Below are positions 25,827 through 38,415 of a DNA stretch of 64,000 nucleotides, in pieces (the first letter of the stretch is position 1; each line of letters starts with the position of its first letter). The notes beneath the pieces are model-generated. The model saw only the letters and a program-made list of their open reading frames with translations. It was not told the DNA's origin and ran no database searches. Position numbers and translations under genes: made by a program. Origin of the DNA: Nemertoderma westbladi (taxonomy: Eukaryota > Animalia > Xenacoelomorpha); assembly GCA_032718475.1 (NCBI GenBank), contig JAUCBJ010001297.1, positions 1 through 64,000 of the forward strand, read 5' to 3'.

Positions 25827-27552
25827 TAGGGATGTCCCGGAATTTCGTTCCGGCCGGAATTCCGGCGGTTTTTGCCCGATTCCGGTTCCAGCCGGAATTG
25901 CCGGAATGGGGTCAATTTCGGCCGGAATTTTACCGGAATTACCAGTTTCCTTGCCAATTAGTTTGTTAAATTATTATCAAAATTTATATATTTTTTTAAC
26001 ATATACTTACCAACTATTGTTTAAGATGCAGTACTTGTCAACACATGTAAAAAAAGTAAAGAAGTAAAGTTTTCTTCGGCCGTTAGCTTAGCGCTACCAT
26101 TTAAGGATGCAAGGCGGAGATAGAGATACCCCATTCTAGCCACTTCAAATCATTCGTACCGAAAATAAAACTGCCGTGGCCCATGCGAGGTTCGAACCCA
26201 CAACCTCCACAGAGATGGGAATTCAATGCAACCACTACACCAAGGTGGAACCTGATGCACCTGTAACGAGGGACAATTTACTGCCACCCCCTTTTTTTAA
26301 GTCAATTTAGTCTTGATGGGTATGCATCACATTTCCAAAAAATTGTCACCTGACAACTGTTTTTAGAACGTCAAAAGGACACCTCCCTTGCTTCCACTGT
26401 TAACACATAAGTCAAAAGTCATTTGTTAAAAAATATAAGATGAGTCTCGCATTTACAAAATATTTATATACCCAAAGGTATCAATCCAGGCTTTCAGCAT
26501 GCCATAAGTCATGATTCGTTTGTCAAAAACAGATGGAACATGGGACATAACCAATTGCGCTCATAAGTCGTTACTTACGATTTACCAGTGGAGTAGAGAC
26601 GCTCCCATTGAAACCAATGTGTTGGTGTTCCATAATATATTTTGACTTACGACATAAGACTTACCAGTGAAACATGGGCCTTAACGAGTGGTTTTACAAT
26701 TTGCTTATAATATAACGTTTTTTAGATTGATTTACGTTATTATGCATTTATTTTACATTATTTTACTTTGATATAATTATTAAATAATATGATAATATTA
26801 ATATTGGTATTGTCCAACATAACATATAGGATTACCCCTAAAGCTTTGCAGCTTATTTCCAAGGGGGTCCTTTATGTTACTTGGTTACAAATACAATATT
26901 ACACAAATACACTAGGCTAACCTAAAACTAACATAAAACGTTATTACGCTACGTAGGTATTGCGTCTTTAGGTCCTGCAGGTGTGGTAGTTGGGTCATTC
27001 ATCAATATTCCCTGCGTCGTGGGTGCTGCATACAGAATGTTTATTTATATTTACAGCAAAGCTATTTCTTACCAGAAATCTATTTATTCCCAACACAATT
27101 AAACTGTAAGATGTACCGGTACTATTAGCTCTCGTTTATTGTTCTGATTCGAATAACATGTCACTGTAACATGCTCCTTTGCCTTAACGACACTGAGGAT
27201 ATTGCACTAAACGAAACCAGGAAACCCGAAACCTCTGGTCAAAGTAGGGTTTTAAGTATGAGCCTAAATACCTAACTTTTGGCCAAGGATATACGTTTCT
27301 AAAAAAACAAGGAAACTGAATTCCCTGTCGTATAAGACCAAGTACCCCCCTCCCGTCGCCATAATAGCCCGTAATGCGCCAAAATTCATTTATTTCACAA
27401 AAATTATAAGGTTTAATGGGTCATTTAGTGTATTTCATTAATTTATACAAAATGTCCCGGTTCCGGCCGGAATTCCGGCCGGAATATTCCGGCATGTTGA
27501 ATTTCGGTTTCGGTTCCGGCCGGAATCTAAATATCGATTCCGGGACATCCAG
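25827..27552. mobile_element. hAT-like MITE (TAGGGATG termini, CCGGAAT subterminal repeats)
   Basis: TAGGGATGTCCCGGAAT at the left end and ATTCCGGGACATCC at the right end. Both ends are rich in CCGGCCGGAAT. The TSD is degenerate. Confidence 0.75.
26177..26252 (-). pseudogene. tRNA-derived SINE head / pseudo-tRNA
   Basis: The minus strand has A box TGGTGTAGTGG and B box GGTTCGAACC, with a defective anticodon arm. A second partial copy lies at ~47218-47253 (+). Confidence 0.65.
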
Positions 27553-28229
27553 ATACTAAACATAATATTCAAAATGTAGATGTTTTTTTCACAAATAATG
27601 TTTTTGCTATACTATATTAATAATTTTTAAATTCTTAAGAAATAATTATCTGCTTCATCAAAATTATTGACTTTTTCATTATTATTAATCATGACTCACA
27701 CTAAATGTAATATTTAAATGAAAATAATTTAATTTAAAGTTTAATTAAGATAAATAAGCACGTCACCAATAGAGGCACATAAATTTATCAGTCCATCTAT
27801 ACGCACCTGTTTGTGTTGTAATTAATTGTATATTTATGTACAAAAATAAGCAAAGTTTCTGATCTCTGGCTCTGGTATTTTTCAAAAAAAAACTCTCGGT
27901 CAGGTTCACCGTAATTACGAAAGGAGTCTCTGTTTCAAGTCTAGTCATAAATAATATTTTACTGAAATTACCTGAAAAATTTTTACGTAACATTATTTAA
28001 AACAAAAGTATCACACATTTTGCATTGATCGAAAATTGCAGAACAAGAAAGTATAAATTTTAGCACAGCATGTAATTTTAGATATATTCAGAAACATAAA
28101 CTAATATATGATATATTTTCTGAAGGCTCAGAGTATGTAGAATTCAGTGATAGTTCAGTGATAATTCAGTGGCCGACCGACCTTAAATATTATCTGTAAT
28201 AACTATTTACTTGTTTGGAAAGTAGCACG

Positions 28230-28806
28230 TTACATTGTGATGATCCGAGTGGCTTTGTTACACGAACGAACGTTAGTGAGTGAGTGAAAATAAAGCCACG
28301 AGGATCAGAACACTGTAAAGTACTTTGCAACAAGGATGTATGTAGTTTTATTACAAAATTGTAACATTACGAAATGATTGTACATATATTATAAGTGATA
28401 GAAACTGTACAAATTATATTAGTTGTTGTATAAATAAATGTAAAAATGACATAAATTATGTTATAAATAAATTAACTTATATTTATGGTGGCGTTTGGAG
28501 CCATGTTATAATAATATAGCTAGGCCCTCCCGGTTATTAATAACTATACCCCGCCACCACCAGTAGGTAATGCAGTAGGCATATCTGGATGTCAGACAAA
28601 TTTCCACCTATTGTTTACGTGGTAACCAATGACGGCGTTAAGTAATGTCCACTGAGGGGACATTACTTAACGGATAACACCAAATACAATACTAGATGTA
28701 CAGGCCAATACAATGATGTAATGTCCACTAAAGTTGTAAAGTGCTAAATAACAACTCGCTGTTAATACTAACAGCGTTGAGTAATGTTACAATTTTGGAA
28801 TAAAAA
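28230..28806. mobile_element. Non-autonomous element with a terminal hairpin and internal inverted repeats (Crypton-like architecture)
   Basis: Hairpin GATCCGAGTGGCTTT...CGAACGAACGTTAGTGAG...AAAGCCACGAGGATC at ~28241-28306. The IR pair is TTTTATTACAAAATTGTAACATTAC (~28346) and GTAATGTTACAATTTTGGAATAAAA (~28781). Confidence 0.5.
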
Positions 28807-30513
28807 ATATATACTGCTTGAGTGCTTGTCCCTTATTTTCCACTGCCTGTAACCATTATTTTAATACGATATTTTAGGATAATTGGTAACAGGCGTGGGA
28901 CACTTGCTTGCCTGTAACCATCTATGTAAATGTATTGAGAGCCGGTTACAGATGGCGGGACGTTTTATGGTACGACTGACACTGACAAACACAAATTATA
29001 AATGCTGCGTTTGAACATTATACATCAAATGAAAGCATTTTCAAGGAGGATTTCTGAACTGTTATTGTTTTACCGAGGTACCAATTAAATACGATTCTAT
29101 CAGCTTTAACGTTGGTTACAGGAGGGGACACAGTTTATGGTTTTCCCTCCCAATCTTAGGCTCTCCAAACCCACATATCTTCAAAAGTTTTCGATGAATT
29201 TGTATAATTGTTTTTGTGTGTTACAGCTGAGTAATTACAGATTCTTAAAAAAAAATGTCAAGGTGTGCCTGTACCTGTAACCATAAATGCCATTATTCAT
29301 TTTTTGCCATTGGAGACATTTTTAGTGGTGTAGTAGAAAACAAAATGTTCCAGGATCTCCTATATGCTAACTATACATCTACAGACTATGATGTTTCTTA
29401 AAATTAATAGACAAATTGTCGAGCTTTCATTTGGTATTTAACATATTAACTTTTATTGACATTAGATTGAAACTAGAGCTCCTTATTTAAGTGCTTCTAA
29501 GGGGCCGTGCATAAATGATGTCATGGTCGAAGGGTGGGGGGGGGGGGGGGGTTGCAATTTGGTGACAATTTGTGACATTGGGGAGGGGGGAGTAGCTATA
29601 CTTGTGACGTCACAATAGCACTTTGGCAAACAAATAAAATACATAAGACCAACATCAACAGCCAAAGTGAAATCTATTCAAGTAGAGTATTCGCGAATCG
29701 AGGTGATAAAGTGTTAATTCTAAGTGGCGATAAAGATGAAGAACACCACATTGACTGGTTATATAAGGACGAGGTAGAGTTAGACCCAGGAAGTGGCACA
29801 TTAGTCGGTCGTATACCTGGTGCACTTGCGGTGATCGATGTCGAAACTCAGATGTGGTCATTCCCATGGGAGTGAATATGCGGGGTGTCTTCCTTGTTTA
29901 GTCATTGTGCACAGCTGAATCACCATCGTGTATGCACGGTACTTCACATAGCGCCCCATTTGGTGATCTCCAGTGAATGTTTGGATTTGACCTGACCAAA
30001 TTGGTTTACTACGGAAGATCCGCAGTTGGCACACCTGAGCGGGTGTGGGCCACTCGGAATCCGACGAGGCGGCGCACATATTGACATTTGGCGTATGTAC
30101 ATTTCTTACAGTAGGGGGCCACTGGGTTAATAGTTTTTACGGTATACTTTATCAGAGCCCCGGCAGCTGAAACAGCCAGTGCCGCTAGTCGGTGGGGTTG
30201 ACTTGTTGACGAGAGGCTATTATGAGGCGCAATGGGATACGCATTGCGTATCTCCTTCTGTCAGCAAATACTGGCCGTACAGCAATTAATGAAATATTAA
30301 CATTTAGTATTAATATTTCAAATTTAACATTTTTGGTTAACTATACAGGGTATGTTTTGTGACGCGACGTTCAATTTTTGAAATTTTGGATTTCATGAGA
30401 TTTTATCCAGTAGAAATATAATTAAATCAAGGTCTCACTTTTTTGTATGTTTTGGCCACTTTTTTGTATATTTCTCCGGCCCCCGTGTATTTTCTATTTA
30501 TTTTAGAGACATA

Positions 30514-30729
30514 CCGTATTTACTCAAACAAGAGCCCCCCCCCTCGAATTAACGCCCCATTTACCATCAAATTAGCAACTTAAACGCCTTCCCCGAGTAA
30601 ACGCCTTCCCCGAGTAAACGCCTTCCCCGAGTAAACGCCTTCCCCGAATAAACGACCCCTCGAATAAACGCCTCCCCAATTGGAAATTTATAAACTTAAA
30701 CGCCCAGGCTCTTATTCGAGTAAATACGG
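30514..30729. mobile_element. Tc1/mariner-pogo type MITE with TA TSD
   Basis: TA-CCGTATTTACTC...GAGTAAATACGG-TA, with internal 17-bp repeats TAAACGCCTTCCCCGAG. Confidence 0.85.
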
Positions 30730-31243
30730 TAATCAAATTTGACGTGTGCTAGCTAATAAATATTCTTACACAATTTGTTATTTTAAATTATTTTTAACCT
30801 TCGTAATGTACTCTACATACCTATAACTCACAGTGCCTATAATTTGATTATCGCTTATACATGAGACACCGCTTTTGCTTGCTTGAAAAGATAACCGGTG
30901 CGGAACTTTTTAATTATTTAAATGTTTAAATTATTTTTAACTTACGTACTTAGTTTTTGTTATATAATGCAATAATTAATTAAATCATATTGTTTTTAAA
31001 CTGGTGCAGATTGTTGCTATTATATAATACCTCCTTTACACATTATGATTATACAATAAACACAAGTTTTGATCACCTACAGATCTGCTATCGCCTTTAA
31101 TCAAGTATGTTTACACCACCGGTGGTCTGGGCAAGGAAATCTTTTAATCTCTTAATGACTTTTTTTAACAAGGTATTTTTATATTTTATTTATCCTAGGT
31201 ATTTATCATTTGTAACAAGATAAGTTACTAGGCCTACACTCAC

Positions 31244-31720
31244 AATATCTGTTAAACGCGACAGTAACAGCATTACTAGAGGGATCGAAGGCATCTGTAC
31301 GTTTATCTTTTAGTTCACAGTCGTATTCGCCAGCGTCTTCCTCCGTGCAGCCGGTAAACTCGTAGTTGATGTAATGTGGTACGGCTGTTTCTCCATCAAT
31401 GAGTGGCGGACTGTTTGGAGGGTCTTCTGTACGGTAGGTTCCTTTTATTATACAACCGCGCTGAGGATGTTCGGTGATCAGCACTCCATCAATTAAGTGA
31501 TAAACAGTGGTGGCGAGTTCCACGTTTTCCGAATCACCGGGTTTCTTTAACACCAACTTTGACCACGATTTTCCAGGGTTATTTCCAATTATATATCCGA
31601 CACAGTAAATATTCCAACTCGCCGTTTGTCCTTTGCAATAAGCGTATGAGTTGTCAGATTCCTTCGGTTCCGGACTATTGGGAATAAACTTGGTGAATAC
31701 CTCCACAGCAATAACAGGAT
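31244..31720 (-). CDS. Coding exon for a Cys-rich Ig-like domain (paralog A)
   Basis: Acceptor cttccag at 31721+ and donor GTGAGT at 31243-31238 bound a 477-nt, phase 1-1, open exon. Splice positions are equivalent to paralog B, and WNIYC, SWSKL and DAGEYDC are conserved. Confidence 0.85.
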
Positions 31721-33507
31721 CTGGAAGCACAAATAATGCACATAATTTGGCACTTAATTTAAAATTCTCCAAAATTTAAGATAACGTTACATACTCAAAA
31801 ATATATAAATAATGATATGAATAAACTTTTAAGTACCGTACCGGTATTTCTGCCATGCCCGAAAATTCAAAACCGGCTTTATCTCTAGGTATACCGGGTA
31901 CACTGTGACTGTACTCATGTGTAGCATTTCATTCCCTGAAAATGAGCACTTCCTGGAGCAAATCCCTAAAGCCAGGTTCACATCCAACGGAACGGAAAAC
32001 CGCGCTTTGTACCGTAGGACAGCGGTACACCGCTGAGTTTGAACGACCCTGCGGTATTCGAGCGGTGTCTGTGCGGTAGGCCTAGATGATTTTGATTACC
32101 GTTGACTTTGAACGACCCAATAGTTGTGCGGTACACCGCGCGGTTTACCGCAGCCAATTGAAATAATGTTAATACAATTATTGTCTGCTGCTCCAGGCCA
32201 TAATGTTGGGAGGTTTTTCTGCAGAATACACAAACCATTATTATCTAACCATTATTACATAACATATCTAGCCACTTACGACTTAAGACAAGATGTGTCC
32301 AATCAGAACACCTGGTGGCCTGGGTCAGGCCAACGTTCTCTGACCTTTATTGGATTTACCAAGCACATATTTGTTATGAAAACAATGTCGAAATGTATAC
32401 TGTGTAACACAGCTGCAGTATGGCGAAAGTGAGCGCCGTTCTGCTGCTGTCCTGGTCAATTAAGCTCCCTTATCTTGTAATGTCAAGGTTAGGAGGTCAT
32501 AAGGAGGAATGGGCTGGGGAGGGGGGCATTATTGATAATGTCGCTGGGCTACAACATTTAGATGGTCTCTTATTTTATTCATGCTTACTCTTCTTTTGGC
32601 CAACCACATGCCAGGGGTAGGGCTGGCTGGGTCTGGGACTACGTGAATCCTACCTAACAGCCTGGCATTATTGTGGTGGTTCTAATTACCCATAAATGGG
32701 CCTCTGGGCCGTGAGGAAGGGGACGCCAGACTTAAATTCTTATATCGAAAAGGAGCAATCTTGGACAGACCCTTTTTAGACTACTGTGTAATACAATAAT
32801 ACAACCGCTCAAGGATTTTGCCAGTCCAGGCTGCAAATGGAGTGCAAAAATCCCAACGTGTTGTGCGCGGTAAAACTGCGCGGAATTTAAATAAAAGTGC
32901 GCGAAATTGGACTCTTTCCAGTTTCAGGGGCACTGAATTTTTAACAACTGCAGTATTACTGTCAACTGTTATTTATTGTACCGGTTCACCAGTATTGGTG
33001 TACAACCTGGCACCTGGCAACAGATTCCATCAGTCCATTAGATATCCATTAGTCCATGAGACAGGTGCGCGTTGCGCCTCAGCGCGCAGCTCTGCCTCTG
33101 ATGCGCACCACAAATTAATTGAAATCACGAAAATACACAAAAAAATTTCGCTCGCTGCGCTCGCATTGGTTTCTTCAAACAGTCAAATCACTTCACCATA
33201 ATACTGTAATACCGGCAACCGGAGCTGAATTTGTCTATTTATTTTAACTACAGTACTCTATTGTTGTATTGTTATTAGGTCTATGCTATGCCGATGTTAC
33301 GTTAGTAAACAGGTAAAGTCAGAAAGTAACAATGTATTATAAGTATGACTTAATTATAAGCCAACTGTATGTTTAAGCCTAATTGTTAGGTAGGCCTATA
33401 CAAAGTATTATTGGCAGACTGGTACCTATTTCAATATTCGTTTTTTTGAAATTACCGGTACATGTTTTGTTTGTAATCTAAAATAATATTTTCTGTTATA
33501 AAAGCAG

Positions 33508-35754
33508 TGAGTTCAGCGTGTTCGAGTGAACCTTCAATGTAATGGATTGAAAACAAAGATACCGCGCACTACAGCGATAAAGAAGGTCGACGTAGACAAA
33601 CTCTCAAATGAGCTTAACCTGAATAAATGTATGGACGCAGCTAACAAGGGTGTAACCGATCTCAATGAGTACATAACGAACGCTATTAGGATATCTGCAA
33701 CCCCAGCGAGACCTAGAAAATTAAACCGGTGGTTTGACGTTGAATGCCGAAACACTAAGAATGATGTATGTAGCAGTCTCAGGTCTATGAAAGAAAATCC
33801 AAACGAAGAAACTCGCTTACTATATCGGGAATTACAATCACGCTATAAGATACTGCTTAAACGTAAGAAAAAACTATTTCTACATAACCAGGAGACCAAA
33901 ATAATTCTGGAATGCGAAAATGACAGATCAAATTTCTGGAATATTATTAAACATCAGCAGCAACAAAAACCCACTGCTCAACATGTATCAGCAGAATCCT
34001 GGAATGATCATTTCACCACATTACTAGCAGCGAATGAATCCTTGTCTCAACCAACAGTTCCAGAACAACCCAATAACTATTTAGATCAGCCAATAGAAAG
34101 TGAAGAAGTTGCGGACACAATCAGGAAACAAAAGTCAGGGAAAGCGCCGGGGCCAGACGGTATAACAAATGATGTGATCAAGCAGATATCGGTGGGTGCG
34201 CTCCCATATTTATTAATGCTAATCCAACTGTGTTTTACTACAGCAACTTGTCCTGCAGCATGGCTATATGCCTACCTTATACCATTATTCAAAGGAAAGG
34301 GGGCTAAGTCTGAGCCTGGAAATTACCGTGGGATTGCCCTCCTATGTTGTATGTTGAAAGTGTATACGTCGATTCTCTGTGGACGATTATACTGCTGGGC
34401 CGAATCTACAGGAATCCTGCCGGATGAGCAATTTGGTTTTCGCAAATCCAGATCAACCATTATGGCGGTACGGCGGCTATACGAATACATTAACTCCGTC
34501 CTCAGCAACTCGGGTGGGCATGTATACTGTGTGTTCGTAGATTTCACAAAAGCCTTTGATTCGGTTGATCGTCAGCTTTTAATGAAGAAGCTATCAATAT
34601 GCGGGGTAAGCAGAAAGTTCATTACCATTCTGTGGTCTATACTAGCGGTAAACTATGTATGCATATGTGTCGGAAGATATGTAATAAATCCCATAGCACA
34701 GACCATTGGAGTTCTCCAAGGGGATAAGCTGTCACCATTACTGTTTAGCATATTTGTATATGATCTACCAGCAGCAATCGCATTAGCGTCATGTTATGTA
34801 CTTATGTACGCAGATGATTTAGTAATATATGGAGAATCAATCAACGACGTGCAGGCCTCTCTTAACAAACTTGCTGAGTTCTGCTTGTTAAATAAATAAT
34901 CAGTTAATCTCACAAAGACTAAAGCTGTGAAATGTAGAAACGGAGGACGTTTTTCAAACGATGATATTTTACTATTTAATGGAAAACAAATACAATTCGT
35001 AAAAAGTTTCGAATACCTCGGAGTAGTTATGTCAACCCAAAATGGTCCATCGGCTCATTACCAACACCTATACAATAAAGGAATAGCATGTTGTGCTCGC
35101 TTGGCTTGTAAAGTTAAGTTGACCTCGATCTCGATGCGTTCAGCAAAGAGGTTGTGGCTAGGCATTGTCCGACCCACAGTGACTTATGGGTGTGAGATAT
35201 TTACGACAGGTGATCTTGACGGCTTGGATCATGTGAGACGGACCCGCGCGATTTACTGGAAGATGTGGGCGGGTATCTCAAAGTACTCCTCTTCAACGGA
35301 CTTACTTGAAGTTATCGATAATAACGGTACGGGCAGCAATGGCCTAGACATCGAGCCCCTATACGGGTTCAGGCGTCGCGCGGCCGCTCAGCTGATCGTT
35401 AACGGCTGCCACCAACGATGCTGCGACACGCCAAAATGCTGGCGACCGACTGATACCTGCATATGCAAACTGTGTCACCGCGCTGCGGATACGAACTTAC
35501 ATTATACAATCTGCGAGGGGATCCCTCCAAACACCACATCGTTACGGAAAGCAATATTTTTAATGACCCTGGAACTCTAATTCTTTTAATAATAATATGC
35601 AATAATAATAATAATTTTAATAACTTTATTTATTTTAATAATTTATTAAACCACCTCTTAACAACCTACCTAGTTTGTGCGCTACCAACAGTATATTCAA
35701 CATTGCATATTTCATCTTATTTATCCGAATGTTTGGATGATAATTAAATAATTC
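33508..35754 (+). mobile_element. Young 5'-truncated RTEX-like LINE (RT plus Cys/His C-terminus) with 28-bp TSD
   Basis: ORFs 33526-34899 and 34927-35580 share one frame, split by a single TAA. Motifs are PGPDGI, YRGIAL, QFGFR, FVDFTKAFDSV, GVLQGDKLSP and YADD. The element is flanked by direct repeats at 33480-33507 and 35755-35782. Confidence 0.93.
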
Positions 35755-37299
35755 AAAATAATATTTTCTGTTATAAAAGCAGGGAGCCCGATGGGCCACC
35801 ATAGTAGTGGATTAAAAAAATATTTTTTAATATTAACAATTTTGATGTTGCAAAAATTACATTTATTATGTAAGCCTAGATTCAACGTACAGACAGACAG
35901 ACGTAAAGATAAGCTTAAAACGCTCAAACTTGTAAAATAGGAATGTAAAATTGTTCTTATGAACTGTGCGATTTTTTGAGATATGCATGACATGAGCTGC
36001 GCGATTTTGTTTGGATTATGACATATGATGAGGTACGCGACGAGCCAATTTCAGGTGCGCGGTGATTTCAAAACAACAAAGCGTACCTGCGTGCTCATGC
36101 ATGAATTCCAACCTGGCCTACACCCCTGGTTTTAAAAATTTTTAGTGTCATGAAAAATACCGTAAAATCTGTGACTGCCAGCTCTTATATAATGGTCTGC
36201 ATAGCAAAAAAAAATATTTTTTAAAATATTTTATCGAGCTCCTTTTTTTTAGCACCTAAAAATGTGTTCTAGAACATTTTTTCGGTTTCGATTTTCAATT
36301 TTCAGTAAATTGAAATATTCACTAAAAAATGAAAATTATCGATTTCTATAGGTTTTCTGCCATGCTGAACGCAATGGTAATATTTTCCAAAAGTCTGAGT
36401 GAATTGTTATGCTACTTTTCATTGGGTGCTGAAATTTTAAAAACAAAAATGACAAATTTTATAAGTTTGGTAATATCCTGTTTAAACCTATGATTAGCTA
36501 TTTTTTTTAGGTTTTGTATGGTTTTGAATGCTACAGTATTATTTTCTGGATAACTGGTTTACTATGTATATAATGTTTCCCAAAGCATCATATATATATA
36601 TAGCTGTATAAAAATTACCAAAAGTTATATAATAATTTCCAAAACATGTATTAAAAGCGGTATAAAATTTTCTAAAAGTTATAGAAAAATCCGAAAAAAG
36701 TCATAGAAAAGTTCTAAAAGTTATTCAAAACTTTGTAAAAGTTATATAAATATTCATAAAAGTTTAATAAAAATACATAAAGATAATTAATCAAAGTATT
36801 GTGTTTTGAAATATTTTAGAATATATAAGTATGATGACAATAATACAAACGTATGAATTAGAAATTAAATATATCTCATCACATTTTTTAGACAGTTTAG
36901 TAAAAATTGTATACACAGTAAACCTCTTATTGAAAAAACATTACTGTTACATTCAGGATGGATGGCTTCGGTGTGAATACGCCGGTGGTGATTACGAAAT
37001 TGCTGGACGCACCGCACGTAACAGTATATTTCCGACACTGGGCGAAGTGTTCCAGAAGGATGACTTCTTGGTTGCTCTGGGTTGTTGAGTCGTTTGTGGA
37101 GGTGCTGCTCAGTTTAGCCGAGGTAGTACTGGGTCGGGTGTTCGTTCATTACACGTTATTATGTATAAATCTCAGTTTGACCGAGATATGTAGTACTGGG
37201 TCGGATGTTCATTACACGTTATTATGTATAAATCATTATGTGATTTACAGTTGAAACCGGCCTCGAATACGGTCTCCCCATGGTGTGTGTGAGAGGTCG

Positions 37300-37790
37300 T
37301 TAATCACTGGGCATGTTAGATCATGATGACAAGGATTTCGAGATTCATAGAATATTAGGAGATACTAATACTTACGAGAGGCTGCATGGAGACCCAACTG
37401 CTAAATTTAGAGTTAGATGCAGAAAACTTATCGATGGACACACTATAACCAACCCCTTGCTGAGGCTTCATCTATTCCACAATACCATTCACTACAGGTC
37501 ACATTTTCATATCCTTAAAAGATCATAAGCCCAAAAACGAATGGATCACCCACCCTAATGGCAAACTAATTCCCAAAGGTAGGTCAATTATTTCAAATAC
37601 TGACGCGTTTTTCACGCCTTTGTCTAAACTAATGCACTACTTCCTACATCCACTAGTAACGGATGCTGCAAACTACCTAAAAATTTCCCTAGACCTAAAA
37701 CAAACACTTCCTACTAGGAACTCACAATACATACGTTCATCGCCAATCGCCATAGACGTAATTGATATGTTTACTGCCATACCCCACGCA
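37300..37790 (+). mobile_element. Penelope-like element RT fragment (degenerate)
   Basis: Frameshifted translation gives ILGDTNTYERLHGDPT...KDHKP...PKGRSIIS...LSK.....LHPLV....NYLK.SLDL...IDVIDMFTAIP, the characteristic N-terminal part of a PLE RT. Confidence 0.8.
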
Positions 37791-37843
37791 CGTACGTACT
37801 TATTTTAATATGTAAATTTTGTAAACATTTTATTATATATTTA

Positions 37844-37887
37844 TATCACTGAAGACGTGTGTTAATACACGAAATGGCCATATGATA
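37844..37887 (+). ncRNA. Minimal type I hammerhead ribozyme (Penelope-associated)
   Basis: TATCA (stem I) - CTGAAGA - C - GTGTG TTAA TACAC (stem II) - GAAA - TGGCCA (palindromic stem III) - TA - TGATA (stem I'). Confidence 0.75.
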
Positions 37888-38002
37888 AAAAGGAATTTGT
37901 TTTACTTAGAATCGTGCCTTAGCTTACAACACCAATATAACTCGATTTTAATATGTATTCGCCGCGAACGACCTCTTTCAAACTCGCTTCATATTTAAAT
38001 CT

Positions 38003-38415
38003 TTGGATGGCACATTCACAAGAATGCTACGCCTGGTTCAATGTGTCAAGTACAATGCACACATCTCCAACCAGACACTATATAACATTGACGGTGTCTC
38101 ATTGGTTCCCCAAGCTTGACACTAGAACAAATAAGTGGACTCCGCTTTGCAGGAAATTGCTTTCGCCGTGAGGACCAGCCAATGCATAATCTTGTGCTTT
38201 GGCAGCCTCATGGAGTGAATAAGCATGGTGGACAGCCCATGACTTTCTTGAGACGCATCTTAAAGGACACTGGCCTTGAAGATGCGGATGGTCTAGCAAA
38301 TTTCATTGGTGATAGGGAGTAGTGGCGGCGCAATTATGGCGACAAGCCGGCACAGCATTCTTAAAAATGCAGGAATGCAGCTGCAATGCAGCATGCCAAT
38401 ACTAGTAGTAGTAGA
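38003..38415 (+). mobile_element. 3' fragment of RTE-group LINE family 2
   Basis: Matches 21685-22090 and ends in ACTAGTAGTAGTAG. Confidence 0.9.

Noticed and set aside
26177-26252. Functional tRNA gene
   Set aside because: A and B boxes are present, but the anticodon arm and acceptor stem do not pair properly. It is better explained as SINE-derived.
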